Below, in pieces: positions 18,742 to 27,709 of a stretch of DNA of 64,000 nucleotides (position 1 is its first letter; every line of letters starts with the position of its first letter). A program made the translations under genes and the position numbers. The notes under the pieces were generated by a model. The model was not told the DNA's origin, did not search any database, and saw only the letters and a program-made list of their open reading frames with translations. This DNA is from Minisyncoccia bacterium (GTDB lineage Bacteria; Patescibacteriota; Minisyncoccia; Phycocordibacterales; Phycocordibacteraceae): positions 99,200 to 163,199 of the forward strand of contig JBBQUV010000001.1 of the NCBI GenBank assembly GCA_038212075.1, in the 5' to 3' direction.

Positions 18742-19800
18742 TTATTTTAACAGAGCAAGTGAAAGACCGAACGCTCCCGCGATGATAGTAATGATCCAAT
18801 ATCGCATGGTTACTTTGTATGCTGGCCAGCCAAGTGCTTCAAAGTGGTGATGAATAGGAGCAACGCGAAAGAGTTTCCGTTTGAAAACCACTTTCCAGAA
18901 TACCTGCAACATACTTGAAACTACCGTTGCGGTAAGGGGAAACGCGAGAATGGGAAGAACAAAAACACCAACGCCCCCACCAAGAGTGTCTGCCGTAAAT
19001 GCGGTTACGGTAAGGGCAAGCGTAAGCGCCATACTCCCTGTTTCCGATAAATAAAAGCGCGCGGGCGGAACGTTAAACCAAAGAAATGCGAGAAGCGCAC
19101 CGGTAACGGCGGCAGAAAAACCCGCAAGCGAGTACTGGCTTTGCATAAAAGCGATACCTGCGTAGGTCATAAAAATAAAAGCAAATACCCCACCAGCAAG
19201 CCCGTCGATGCCATCTATGATGCCGCCAGCGTAAATGAAGAGTGCAACAAGAATGAAGAAAGGAATGAAAAAGACACCAAGATGAAGTGGTTCTGCAAAA
19301 GGAATACCAACAGAATCGACCGCAAGCTTGGTGTAAAACCACCACCCAGAAAATGCCGCAATGCCGCCAACAATAGAAAGACGAATGCGAAGCGGAAGCC
19401 CACCAGCACTCTTCGTTATTTCAAGTATGTCATCAACTAAACCAACAAGCGCACCACCAAGAAGTGCAAACAAAGGAAGCCATGTTTGACTGCGCGAAAT
19501 GAAATCAAGCGTATTAAAGGGTTGACCAAAGATTTTGCCAAGAACAGAAAGAACACCTGCGGTAATGAATACAGAAACCCAAATGAGAATGCCACCCATT
19601 CGTGGAGTAGATGTTTCGCGCTCGCGATGCATTTCGTCAAAGATAGGTGTGCCTCCGCCACCAATGCCCTTTCCCTTTCCACCCACTTTCTTCCACGCGC
19701 AGTAGTGGTAGAGGTAGTGCGTAAGAATAGGCGCGAAGGCAATGCCTATGGCAAAAGCGAAGACAGCAGGAATAAGTACGCGGGCGGCGTCGACGATCAT
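18742..19800 (-). CDS. mraY: phospho-N-acetylmuramoyl-pentapeptide-transferase
   Basis: Glycosyltransferase family 4 membrane protein with MraY motifs (IDGIDGLAGG, PIHHHFE). Confidence 0.88.
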   Translation of the reverse strand: MIVDAARVLIPAVFAFAIGIAFAPILTHYLYHYCAWKKVGGKGKGIGGGGTPIFDEMHRERETSTPRMGGILIWVSVFITAGVLSVLGKIFGQPFNTLDFISRSQTWLPLFALLGGALVGLVDDILEITKSAGGLPLRIRLSIVGGIAAFSGWWFYTKLAVDSVGIPFAEPLHLGVFFIPFFILVALFIYAGGIIDGIDGLAGGVFAFIFMTYAGIAFMQSQYSLAGFSAAVTGALLAFLWFNVPPARFYLSETGSMALTLALTVTAFTADTLGGGVGVFVLPILAFPLTATVVSSMLQVFWKVVFKRKLFRVAPIHHHFEALGWPAYKVTMRYWIITIIAGAFGLSLALLK

Positions 19801-20741
19801 GGGGTGGGTGGCATGACGCCAGCAAAGTGTGCGAGTGTTGCGGCAATAAGTGCATCAACATCGGTAAAACGAGCGTCGCGCGTGGAGCCAAGTGTTACCA
19901 CCGCAATGGGGTGATTGATTCCGGAGTCGAATACCACCACAAGATTGCCGCCAGCAAGATCGGTGAAGCCGGTTTTGGAAAGAAGTGGGTTTGGGAAGTG
20001 GTCTACCGCAATGTCGGTATTAAGAAGCGTATGGGTTTTGCCGGCAAGAGACTGTACGGTGACCGACGTTTGGGTGGTTGCTTGAGCAATCTCCGGTGCT
20101 TTTGTAAGAAGTGCACCGGCAAGGCGGGCAACGTCGTGCGCTGAACCGTATCCACCGGAAAGAACGGCGCTTGTATCAAGCCCAGTGCCGTTTAATGCAT
20201 AGGTTTGGGAAAGTTCTGCCGCGGCGGCGGCACGGCGAAGCAATTGCTCAGTACTTTCGGAGCGGCTTTTTACTGCGGCTTCAGCAATTGCTTCTGCGGC
20301 ATCGTTGCTTGACGCAACAAGCGCAAGACGAGCGATGTCACCAAACGCAAATGTTTCGCCACTGGTGAGACCACTGTCACCTTCCTGCGCTACGGCCTGT
20401 GCGCTCACGGTTATTGGTGTTTTTAACGAAAGCGTATCTGCCGCCGCATAGGTGGTGAGAAGTTTCGTAAGCGAAGCAAGGGGAAGCTGTGCGTCTGCGT
20501 TGCGTTCATACAAAGTGAGTCCTGTCGTGAGGTCGTATACAATTGCCGCTTTTCCAATAAGTTTTATGTTTGCATACGCATCGGGTGCGGGTGTGACCGT
20601 TACTGCCACAATGGGCACGTGTTTTGCGGGAAAGAAAAACACAAGGCCACCAAGAAGCAGTGCGCAAAACAAGAGTGCTACACCAAGCTGTTCTCGGTCG
20701 TGCTCGTTATCCAGAAACGCTTTTAGTTCAGAGAGATTCAT
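19797..20741 (-). CDS. dacA: D-alanyl-D-alanine carboxypeptidase (S11 family, PBP5-like)
   Basis: N-terminal TM helix, SxxK active-site motif (ASLTKLLT) and SGN-like and KTG motifs (LSKTGFT). Confidence 0.75.
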   Translation of the reverse strand: MNLSELKAFLDNEHDREQLGVALLFCALLLGGLVFFFPAKHVPIVAVTVTPAPDAYANIKLIGKAAIVYDLTTGLTLYERNADAQLPLASLTKLLTTYAAADTLSLKTPITVSAQAVAQEGDSGLTSGETFAFGDIARLALVASSNDAAEAIAEAAVKSRSESTEQLLRRAAAAAELSQTYALNGTGLDTSAVLSGGYGSAHDVARLAGALLTKAPEIAQATTQTSVTVQSLAGKTHTLLNTDIAVDHFPNPLLSKTGFTDLAGGNLVVVFDSGINHPIAVVTLGSTRDARFTDVDALIAATLAHFAGVMPPTP

Positions 20742-21276
20742 TGTTGCTTGCTTCAGCGGCCACTTCTACTTCTTTTGAAAGTTCTGCAAAACGTGGAAGA
20801 TCTTCTTTGCGAGAGACACCAAGGTGCGCGAGTGCCTCACCAGTTGCACGATAGTTAAACTTTCGTTTGTCAGAAGGGTCTTCAACACGTTCAACCAGGC
20901 CGCGCAGAAGGAGTGAGCGAAGAATTTGTGAAGAGTTTACGCCACGAATCCAGTCTATGTCGCTTCGGGTAGCTCCTTCTCGGTAGAGAGTAACGGCAAG
21001 TGCTTCAAGTCCCGCCTTTCCCAAATCTTTACTCAGTTCCCCTTCGCGAAGTTTCTTCACAATATCGCCGGCGTCTGGGCTGGTGCGAAGCTCTAGTTCT
21101 TCCGCACTTTCCACGAGCGTGATGCCGCGATTTTCTAACTGTGCACGAAGGTCGGTTACCGCTTCGCCAATAGCCGCTTCGGTGGTGTGGAGAAACTGCG
21201 CAAGTTTTTTCTTGGTCACCGGTTCACCGGAAGCAAAAAGTACTGCCTCAAGAGCTTGTGCATGCGAAAGCGCCAT
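20728..21276 (-). CDS. scpB: segregation and condensation protein B
   Basis: 182 aa; two winged-helix repeats (ALEAVLFASGEPV..., ...LLLRGLVERVEDPSDKRKFNYRATG). Confidence 0.85.
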   Translation of the reverse strand: MALSHAQALEAVLFASGEPVTKKKLAQFLHTTEAAIGEAVTDLRAQLENRGITLVESAEELELRTSPDAGDIVKKLREGELSKDLGKAGLEALAVTLYREGATRSDIDWIRGVNSSQILRSLLLRGLVERVEDPSDKRKFNYRATGEALAHLGVSRKEDLPRFAELSKEVEVAAEASNNESL

Positions 21277-21352
21277 ATCATTTCATTTTAGCCTGCTTAC
21301 ACCCATACAGCCACCCAAATGAATGGGGACGAAAGGACGGCTTGATGTGAGG

Positions 21353-21358
21353 TATAAT
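21353..21358 (+). promoter_or_regulatory. putative -10 box (TATAAT) for ORF 21401-21916
   Basis: Consensus TATAAT 43 nt upstream of the ATG; AAGGA ribosome-binding site at 21383. Confidence 0.3.
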
Positions 21359-21400
21359 TTGTGTTATTATAATTAACGAAACAGTGCACAAGGATGCAAA

Positions 21401-21916
21401 ATGGGTCTTTCAATTCAGGTGCGAGATTTGGTTCTCGCTCTTCCACAAGGCATGGGCTCCGGTGGAGACCTGCTGATACTTGAAATCGTGAAGCATACGG
21501 TTTCTGAAAACGAACCGTTACGCGCGAGCGTAACGGTCAGGGCAACCATGGTGGTGCCGCTTGAGCCGGAGTTGCAGGTGTGTGAGGTGCAGATCGACTT
21601 CACCCAGGACATCACCACTCGCAACATTACGATGCGAACGCGTCACCCTATCAGCGTGGCTGGTCTTGAAGACAGGGTTACCGATTACATCGATACCCTG
21701 AACGTCAAAAGCAGTTGCATCGCACGGTTTTCGTGCGGCTTCTACGGCACCACCGCAATGATGTTTGCGGACTGGACACTTCCCGGCGAAATCAATGCAT
21801 CCGTCGATTTGGCGGTTGTTGCGGAAGTTGTTGGAACGTCGCTGGTAAAAATTGTTGCGGAAGGGCTCCGCGAAATGGGAGCGATCAACAAGATGACATC
21901 CGCCGGACTGCACTAA
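21401..21916 (+). CDS. hypothetical protein (171 aa) inserted between scpA and scpB on the opposite strand
   Basis: Clean ORF with ribosome-binding site and a hairpin downstream; no recognisable domain. Confidence 0.5.
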   Translation: MGLSIQVRDLVLALPQGMGSGGDLLILEIVKHTVSENEPLRASVTVRATMVVPLEPELQVCEVQIDFTQDITTRNITMRTRHPISVAGLEDRVTDYIDTLNVKSSCIARFSCGFYGTTAMMFADWTLPGEINASVDLAVVAEVVGTSLVKIVAEGLREMGAINKMTSAGLH

Positions 21917-21972
21917 AACGGAATAGGTACGGTGCGAAACGAGGACTACGTTATGCGTGGTCCTCTTTCACA

Positions 21973-22713
21973 TTAATACTGCGGAATCGACGTGGATGTA
22001 TTGGTAATATTGATTTCGGCAAAATTTGCTCCTTGCGCGACGTCTATGGCACCCTGTTTTACTAGTTCGAGCATCGCGAGAAATGAAACGATAACTTCCA
22101 CTCGGCCTGCGGCATCTCCGGCAAAGTCTTTAAAAGAAAGCGTGAGTGCTTTTTGGACGCGGTTCAAAAGAGTATCCATCATTTCCTCAATGGTAATGGT
22201 AGTCTGCACGCGAGTTTCAGGGAGTGTTACTTCTTTTTCTAGCGCTTGGAGCGCGGCGGCAAGGGCACTGGAAAGTGCTGGGAGTGTAAGGTCTTTGCTT
22301 GGGCCAAATACCGGTTCCTGTGCTTTTTCTCCCGCAGATACAAGCACATTTCTGCCAAAGAGTTTTGAAAGTTCCCGTGCCGCTTCGCGCATTTTTTCAT
22401 ACAAAGCCAAGCGACGTTCCAAGTCTGCAATCCCCTCCTCCTCTTCATTTGAAAGTTCTAAATCAGGAATGAGTGACTTGGATTTGATAAGAAGAAGTGT
22501 CGCGGCAACGGCGATAAAATTGGTTGCATCTTCCATCGGGAAGTCAGCCTGTGAGCGTACGTGCTGGATGAATTCATCGGTAACATCCGCAAGCGAAATA
22601 TCGCTCACGTGTAGTTTTCGTTTATCGATTAAGTCGAGAAGGAGTTCAAACGGACCCTCATACGCGGCAGTGCGTACAGTGTAATTAGTTTTCGGAACGA
22701 CGTTTAGTTCCAT
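21973..22713 (-). CDS. scpA: segregation and condensation protein A
   Basis: 246 aa; the ScpA N-terminus (YEGPFELLLDLIDKRKLHVSDISLADVTDEF) is characteristic. Confidence 0.88.
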   Translation of the reverse strand: MELNVVPKTNYTVRTAAYEGPFELLLDLIDKRKLHVSDISLADVTDEFIQHVRSQADFPMEDATNFIAVAATLLLIKSKSLIPDLELSNEEEEGIADLERRLALYEKMREAARELSKLFGRNVLVSAGEKAQEPVFGPSKDLTLPALSSALAAALQALEKEVTLPETRVQTTITIEEMMDTLLNRVQKALTLSFKDFAGDAAGRVEVIVSFLAMLELVKQGAIDVAQGANFAEINITNTSTSIPQY

Positions 22714-24125
22714 TGCTCAATGAATTGTAGCAGAAGACGAACCGGTGCTCCGGCCGCACCCTTGGCAAGTTCGTCGCCCGGTGCCGATGTCATACGGGGC
22801 GCGATATCAAGGTGTGCCCACGGACAGTCAAGTTCTTTGGCAAATTGCCACAGGAACATTCCCCCGTTTATTGCGCCGCCATAGCGGCTTGATGGACCAT
22901 TTCCGGGAACATTCGCAATGTCGGCAAACGTGCCCTTTACCGAGTCTTCATATTCGTCCCAAAGAGGAAGACGCCACAGGTAATCACCAGATGTTTCGCC
23001 GAGCGCGAGTAGTTTTTCTGCAAGCGTGTCACTGCGTGTCATAAGGCCGCTTGCGTGGAGTCCAAGCGCAACCATTGCGGCACCGGTAAGTGTGGCGACA
23101 TCAACCACCACTGCAGGCTTAAAGCGTTTTGCATACGTAATAGCATCCGCAAGAATCAAACGGCCTTCGGCGTCGGTGTTCAGTACTTCAATGGTTTTTC
23201 CGGAAAGCGATTTCAAGATATCACCGGGGCGGTAGGCATTATTTCCCGGCATATTTTCTACCGCAGGAATAAGTCCAATGACGTGTTTTTTCACTTTCAA
23301 TCGTGCGGCGAGTGCGACCGCATGAATGACGGAAGCGGCGCCCGACATATCCATATGCATTTCATAAATACCCGATTCGGATTTCAAATTGAGTCCACCA
23401 GAGTCAAACGTAACGCCTTTTCCGGCGAGTACTACGGGCGCTCCCGGTGCGCCTTTATATTCTAGAATAGTGAAAGTTGGCTCTTCACTTGAACCTTTGG
23501 CTACCCCAAGAACTGCCCCCATTCCAAGCTTTTCCATCTGGGTAGCTGTCAGTGTTTGCACTGATACATTAAGCCCTGCCACAGCCTGTTTTGCGGCTTT
23601 AGCGAGCCCTTTTGGGGTCATATCTCCACCCGGAGTATTGGCGAGCTCTCGACATGCGTTTACCGCTCTTCCGACTTCCTGACCTTTTCTTGCCGCAGAT
23701 TCAATGGAAGGTGAAGATGCGCCACACAGCACTATTTCTTCAACGGTACTCCACCCATCCTTTGGCATGGTTTTGAATGTGGTGAATGCAAAGTTTGCCA
23801 TCTCAAAATTTTCCGCCGCTGTTTGTGACACCCATTCCGCTGTAGCGTTTTGTTTTTGCATTCCTGAAAAGAGTTCCGGAGTGCGGTCAAACTGAATGAC
23901 GATTTTTTTCGCTTTGTGGTGTTTTGCGGTGCGAACAATGGCACGACACAAAATAATGAATGTGCGCATGGTCATATCACTTCCCTTTCCGGCACCAATT
24001 TCTATAGACTGAATGCCATTCTCACGCACACATCGACGCACACTACGATCATCTTCTGTCAGTGCTATGCGTACGTAGTCTTTCGGGGCGTCAGCAATTG
24101 TTTTTTTGGAAAAAAGTAATTTCAT
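22704..24125 (-). CDS. pepA: leucyl aminopeptidase (M17 family)
   Basis: NTDAEGRL signature (VLNTDAEGRLILAD) and the conserved K/D/E metal ligand region. Confidence 0.9.
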   Translation of the reverse strand: MKLLFSKKTIADAPKDYVRIALTEDDRSVRRCVRENGIQSIEIGAGKGSDMTMRTFIILCRAIVRTAKHHKAKKIVIQFDRTPELFSGMQKQNATAEWVSQTAAENFEMANFAFTTFKTMPKDGWSTVEEIVLCGASSPSIESAARKGQEVGRAVNACRELANTPGGDMTPKGLAKAAKQAVAGLNVSVQTLTATQMEKLGMGAVLGVAKGSSEEPTFTILEYKGAPGAPVVLAGKGVTFDSGGLNLKSESGIYEMHMDMSGAASVIHAVALAARLKVKKHVIGLIPAVENMPGNNAYRPGDILKSLSGKTIEVLNTDAEGRLILADAITYAKRFKPAVVVDVATLTGAAMVALGLHASGLMTRSDTLAEKLLALGETSGDYLWRLPLWDEYEDSVKGTFADIANVPGNGPSSRYGGAINGGMFLWQFAKELDCPWAHLDIAPRMTSAPGDELAKGAAGAPVRLLLQFIEQWN

Positions 24126-25525
24126 GCGGATTTTTTCTCAACCTTAAGACCCAATTCTTTGAGCTGTGCGTCGGTAAGCTCTTTCGGAGCTTTCATAACT
24201 GCCGTTTGTCCACCACGAGTCATAGGGAATGCCTGTACTTCGCGCAGGTATGTTTCGCCAGTGAGAATCATAATCATACGTTCAACGCCAAGCGCGATGC
24301 CGCCGTGCGGTGGCGTGCCAAATTTGAATGCTTTAAGCATATGCCCAACACGTTCTTCCAAGTCTTCTTTTGAAAAGCCCATAATTTTGTACGTGGCTTC
24401 CAAAATCTCTGGCTTATGTGCGCGAATAGAACCGCCACCGGTTTCGTAGCCGTTACAAACAAGGTCGTACTGAGTGGTAAGAATGTCACCAATATTTTTC
24501 CCTTCCATAAGCCACTCCACGTGTTCAGGAATGGGCATAGAAAACGGATTGTGAGTGAACGTCCAACCGCCTTCGTTTGTTTTTTCAAAGAATGGAAAAT
24601 TCACTACCCATGCGAACGCCAGCACGCCATTTGTTTTGTCTTCTTCCGTACGCATATCAAATTTGTCGGCGCCATAGGTTTCCATGGCTTCCTTATAGGA
24701 AATGCGAGGAAACGGTGTTTCTTTCAGCGTATGTCCCATCGCCTTAGTGACCACCGTAACCATGTCTTCCACTGCCGCCATAACGTCTTCCATCGTCACA
24801 AATGACATCTCAATGTCTATTTGCGAGTGTTCAAACCCACGGTCAGCACGAAGGTCTTCGTCGCGTACGGCGCGAGCGATTTGAAAGTAGCGTTCGAACC
24901 CTGAAGTCATGAGAAGCTGTTTGTATTGCTGGGGTGATTGCGGAAGTGCGTAGAACTTTCCCGGATTAAGGCGCGAAGGCACCACAAAGTCACGTGAACC
25001 TTCGGGAGTGGATTCCGTCAGAAGCGGCGTTTCTATTTCAGTGAAGTCTTGCGCAAAAAGCTTTTCACGACAGCGACGAACAAACTCGCTCCGTACTTTT
25101 ATATTTTTTTGCATACGTGCAGAACGAAGGTCAAGGTAGCGGTGTTCCAGACGCACCTGTTCATCAATACCGCTTGTGTCAGTGGTGATATCAAATGGTG
25201 GCGTGTCGGATGCATTTAATACCTCGATGTCATGGATTTCAAGTTCAATATCACCGTTTTGTGTATCCGATTGAATATTTTTTGCTGGACGCTCGTTCAC
25301 CGTACCTCGTACCTTCACGACATATTCGTTACGCACTTCTTTTGCAGTGTCCATGGCAGGAGACCCTGGGAGCACTACACCCTGCGCCATTCCTGAACGG
25401 TCACGAAAATCAAAAAAGACCAATTTTCCTTGATCACGACGAACATTCACCCAGCCACAAATGGATACTTCCTTTCCGACCTGTTTTCCAAGATTCCCAA
25501 TGAGTGTTCGTTCTTGTGGTTCCAT
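24122..25525 (-). CDS. aspS: aspartyl-tRNA synthetase, compact archaeal/eukaryal-type (no GAD insertion)
   Basis: N-terminal OB fold, class II motifs (FRDEDLRADRGFEHSQIDIEMSF; GGGSIRAH); 467 aa. Confidence 0.82.
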   Translation of the reverse strand: MEPQERTLIGNLGKQVGKEVSICGWVNVRRDQGKLVFFDFRDRSGMAQGVVLPGSPAMDTAKEVRNEYVVKVRGTVNERPAKNIQSDTQNGDIELEIHDIEVLNASDTPPFDITTDTSGIDEQVRLEHRYLDLRSARMQKNIKVRSEFVRRCREKLFAQDFTEIETPLLTESTPEGSRDFVVPSRLNPGKFYALPQSPQQYKQLLMTSGFERYFQIARAVRDEDLRADRGFEHSQIDIEMSFVTMEDVMAAVEDMVTVVTKAMGHTLKETPFPRISYKEAMETYGADKFDMRTEEDKTNGVLAFAWVVNFPFFEKTNEGGWTFTHNPFSMPIPEHVEWLMEGKNIGDILTTQYDLVCNGYETGGGSIRAHKPEILEATYKIMGFSKEDLEERVGHMLKAFKFGTPPHGGIALGVERMIMILTGETYLREVQAFPMTRGGQTAVMKAPKELTDAQLKELGLKVEKKSA

Positions 25526-25534
25526 ATAAAAGTA

Positions 25535-26476
25535 TTATGCGACCCCTATTGCCTTACGGACGTGTTTCATTTTTGCTTCAGATACTTCTCGTGCTTTTTC
25601 ACCACCCTCGTGAAGTACGGCGGCAACATCAATGTCGGTGATTGACGCTCGCTTTTCACGCATTGGAGCGATGAAGGTGTCGAGGTCTTCAATAAGAGCT
25701 TCCTTCAAGTCTTTATACTTTCCCTTCTTTTCTTCGTAGAGCGCGTTAAGAGCACTCTCGTCTTTCACAAGCTTATGAATGGCGTAGACGTTTGCAGGAC
25801 GTTCGCCAGAGGAGTCGGTAACAATTCCCATAACCGCTTTCGTCAGTTCTTCTTTTGAACCAAAAAGTGGAATGATGTTGCCATAGCTCTTGCTCATTTT
25901 TTTGCCATCGGTACCAGGAACAACACCAAGACTCTGAAGAATCTTTTCTTTTGGTTCTTTAAAGGTTTCGCTAAATGCTTTATTAAATTTTGCCGCCGCT
26001 TCACGTGCATATTCAAGGTGTTGGCGTTGGTCTTCACCCACGGGCACGACATCGGTGTCATAGAGCAAAATATCTGCCGCCATAAGCATGGGGTACGTAA
26101 AGAGTCCGGCATTTGGCTCAAGACCTTTCGCTACCTTGTCTTTGTAGGCGTGTCCTTGCATCAAAAAGGGAACGGTTACGAGGCAATCAAAAATCCATGC
26201 GAGTTCCGTATGCGCAGGCACGGTTGATTGTTTAAAGATTATGGCCTTTTTGGGGTCCACACCTGCGGCAAGATAATCCTTCACCACTTCAATGGTGTTC
26301 TTGCGAAGTGCCTCTGGGTCGCGAAGCGACGTGAGTGCGTGGTAGTCCACCACCATCAAATAGCTCTGGTGGTCGGCATATACGTCTACAAAAGGCTTCA
26401 GAGCGCCAAAATAGTTGCCAATATGAAGATCCCCCGAAGGCTGAAGCCCAGTCAGCATTATTGGTTTTCCCTGCAT
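25535..26476 (-). CDS. trpS: tryptophanyl-tRNA synthetase
   Basis: 313 aa class I aaRS; GLQPSGDLHIGNYFGAL HIGH-region and KMSKS motif. Confidence 0.88.
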   Translation of the reverse strand: MQGKPIMLTGLQPSGDLHIGNYFGALKPFVDVYADHQSYLMVVDYHALTSLRDPEALRKNTIEVVKDYLAAGVDPKKAIIFKQSTVPAHTELAWIFDCLVTVPFLMQGHAYKDKVAKGLEPNAGLFTYPMLMAADILLYDTDVVPVGEDQRQHLEYAREAAAKFNKAFSETFKEPKEKILQSLGVVPGTDGKKMSKSYGNIIPLFGSKEELTKAVMGIVTDSSGERPANVYAIHKLVKDESALNALYEEKKGKYKDLKEALIEDLDTFIAPMREKRASITDIDVAAVLHEGGEKAREVSEAKMKHVRKAIGVA

Positions 26477-26552
26477 ATATAAAGACTATACCAGATAGTC
26501 GAAAGCCCCGCGCTGCTGTAATAGCAACCCGGGGCTTCGCTGTAGCTGGTCG

Positions 26553-27494
26553 CTACTTGGCCAATTGGACCAAGAGCGACGAAACCCAGCCGAGATTTCC
26601 AATCTCATCTTTCACTTGCCACCAGAGACCGGACTGCGTCCCTGTTGGGTAGAGTGTGTCACCCACGGAAAGTGAACGGACGACTTTGCCTTTCACCGAT
26701 GGTGTGGCAAAGAGGTGTCCGGGCTTTGTCATCGTCACCGACTGCGGAACATTCGCAGCGGACGCGTCCGTAGGAAGCCCGCCGAGATCGCCGACCAGTT
26801 TGGTGTACGCATCGATATAGGCAAGCGCAACCACTTGGCCGATGTCGGTGTTTTCGTAGGTTCCGGCACCCGCCGCCGCAAATGCGCCGCCGCCGATAAT
26901 GCCACCGCCACCGCCGAAACTCAGGTCGGTTTTTTTACCGTGACCCTGCTCCATCGCTTTTTGTTCGCTTGAACGAACATCGGTGATGGTGAGGACTACG
27001 TCAGCGGTTTTGCTATTCAGCTTCAGTCCGCCGACAATGGCGCCACCGATTCCCGGAATGAGCGCACCAAGAATGCCGAAGATGGCACTGCCACCAGAAT
27101 CGTTGTTTTTTGAAACGATGTCCGGAACCAGAACATAATCGGCCGCCTTGATTTGTCCGCGACCAATGTTTGAGCCGCGCCGGAGCATGCCGCTTGAAGC
27201 AAGGGCACGCTCTTGTTGAGCAACGTCAAAACCGTTGCCACGGTCGAGCAGAGTGAAGCACCCGGACTGCATCACCAATACCTTGATGAGCGCCTCGGGC
27301 GAACCGAGCTGTAGCGGTGTCCACCAGTCGTTCTTTGGCTCGTAGATGGCTACGGTGCCAATTTTGTGGGTGCAGATAGGAATCTGCGCCTGTTTCTTCG
27401 CCGTCGCATTTTCAATGGAATCGGCGAAGGCAGGGGTGATAAGCGTAGACGCAAACACGACCGCGCTTGCGGCCGCACACAGTTTTTTAAACAT
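26553..27494 (-). CDS. CsgG-family protein with C-terminal SH3b-like domain, signal peptide
   Basis: CsgG-like core (ALIKVLVMQSGCFTLLDRG...QQERAL...ADYVLVPDIV...SGGSAIFGILGA), Gly-rich linker, then a C-terminal SH3-like segment (GDTLYPTG...WWQVKDEIGNLGWV). Confidence 0.6.
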   Translation of the reverse strand: MFKKLCAAASAVVFASTLITPAFADSIENATAKKQAQIPICTHKIGTVAIYEPKNDWWTPLQLGSPEALIKVLVMQSGCFTLLDRGNGFDVAQQERALASSGMLRRGSNIGRGQIKAADYVLVPDIVSKNNDSGGSAIFGILGALIPGIGGAIVGGLKLNSKTADVVLTITDVRSSEQKAMEQGHGKKTDLSFGGGGGIIGGGAFAAAGAGTYENTDIGQVVALAYIDAYTKLVGDLGGLPTDASAANVPQSVTMTKPGHLFATPSVKGKVVRSLSVGDTLYPTGTQSGLWWQVKDEIGNLGWVSSLLVQLAK

Positions 27495-27621
27495 GACAAA
27501 TACCTCAGGTTGGTTGGTTTCAGGCGTCCGTTTACACAATGCAATATTTTCTATGAAATATCCATAGGCGGCAACAATCTTGTTTCAAATTTTGCCTTAA
27601 TTTGTTATACTCCTGAACATT

Positions 27622-27704
27622 GCGTCGGTGGTAGAGTGGTCAATTACAACAGGCTGTAAACCTGTCGGCTTCGGCCTACGAAGGTTCGAATCCTTCCCGG
27701 CGCA
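27622..27704 (+). tRNA. tRNA-Tyr (anticodon GUA), long variable arm
   Basis: Manual fold: acceptor GCGTCGG/CCGGCGC, anticodon loop CTGTAAA, variable hairpin CGGCTTCGGCC, T-arm GAAGG-TTCGAAT-CCTTC. Confidence 0.85.
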
Positions 27705-27709
27705 CTAAA

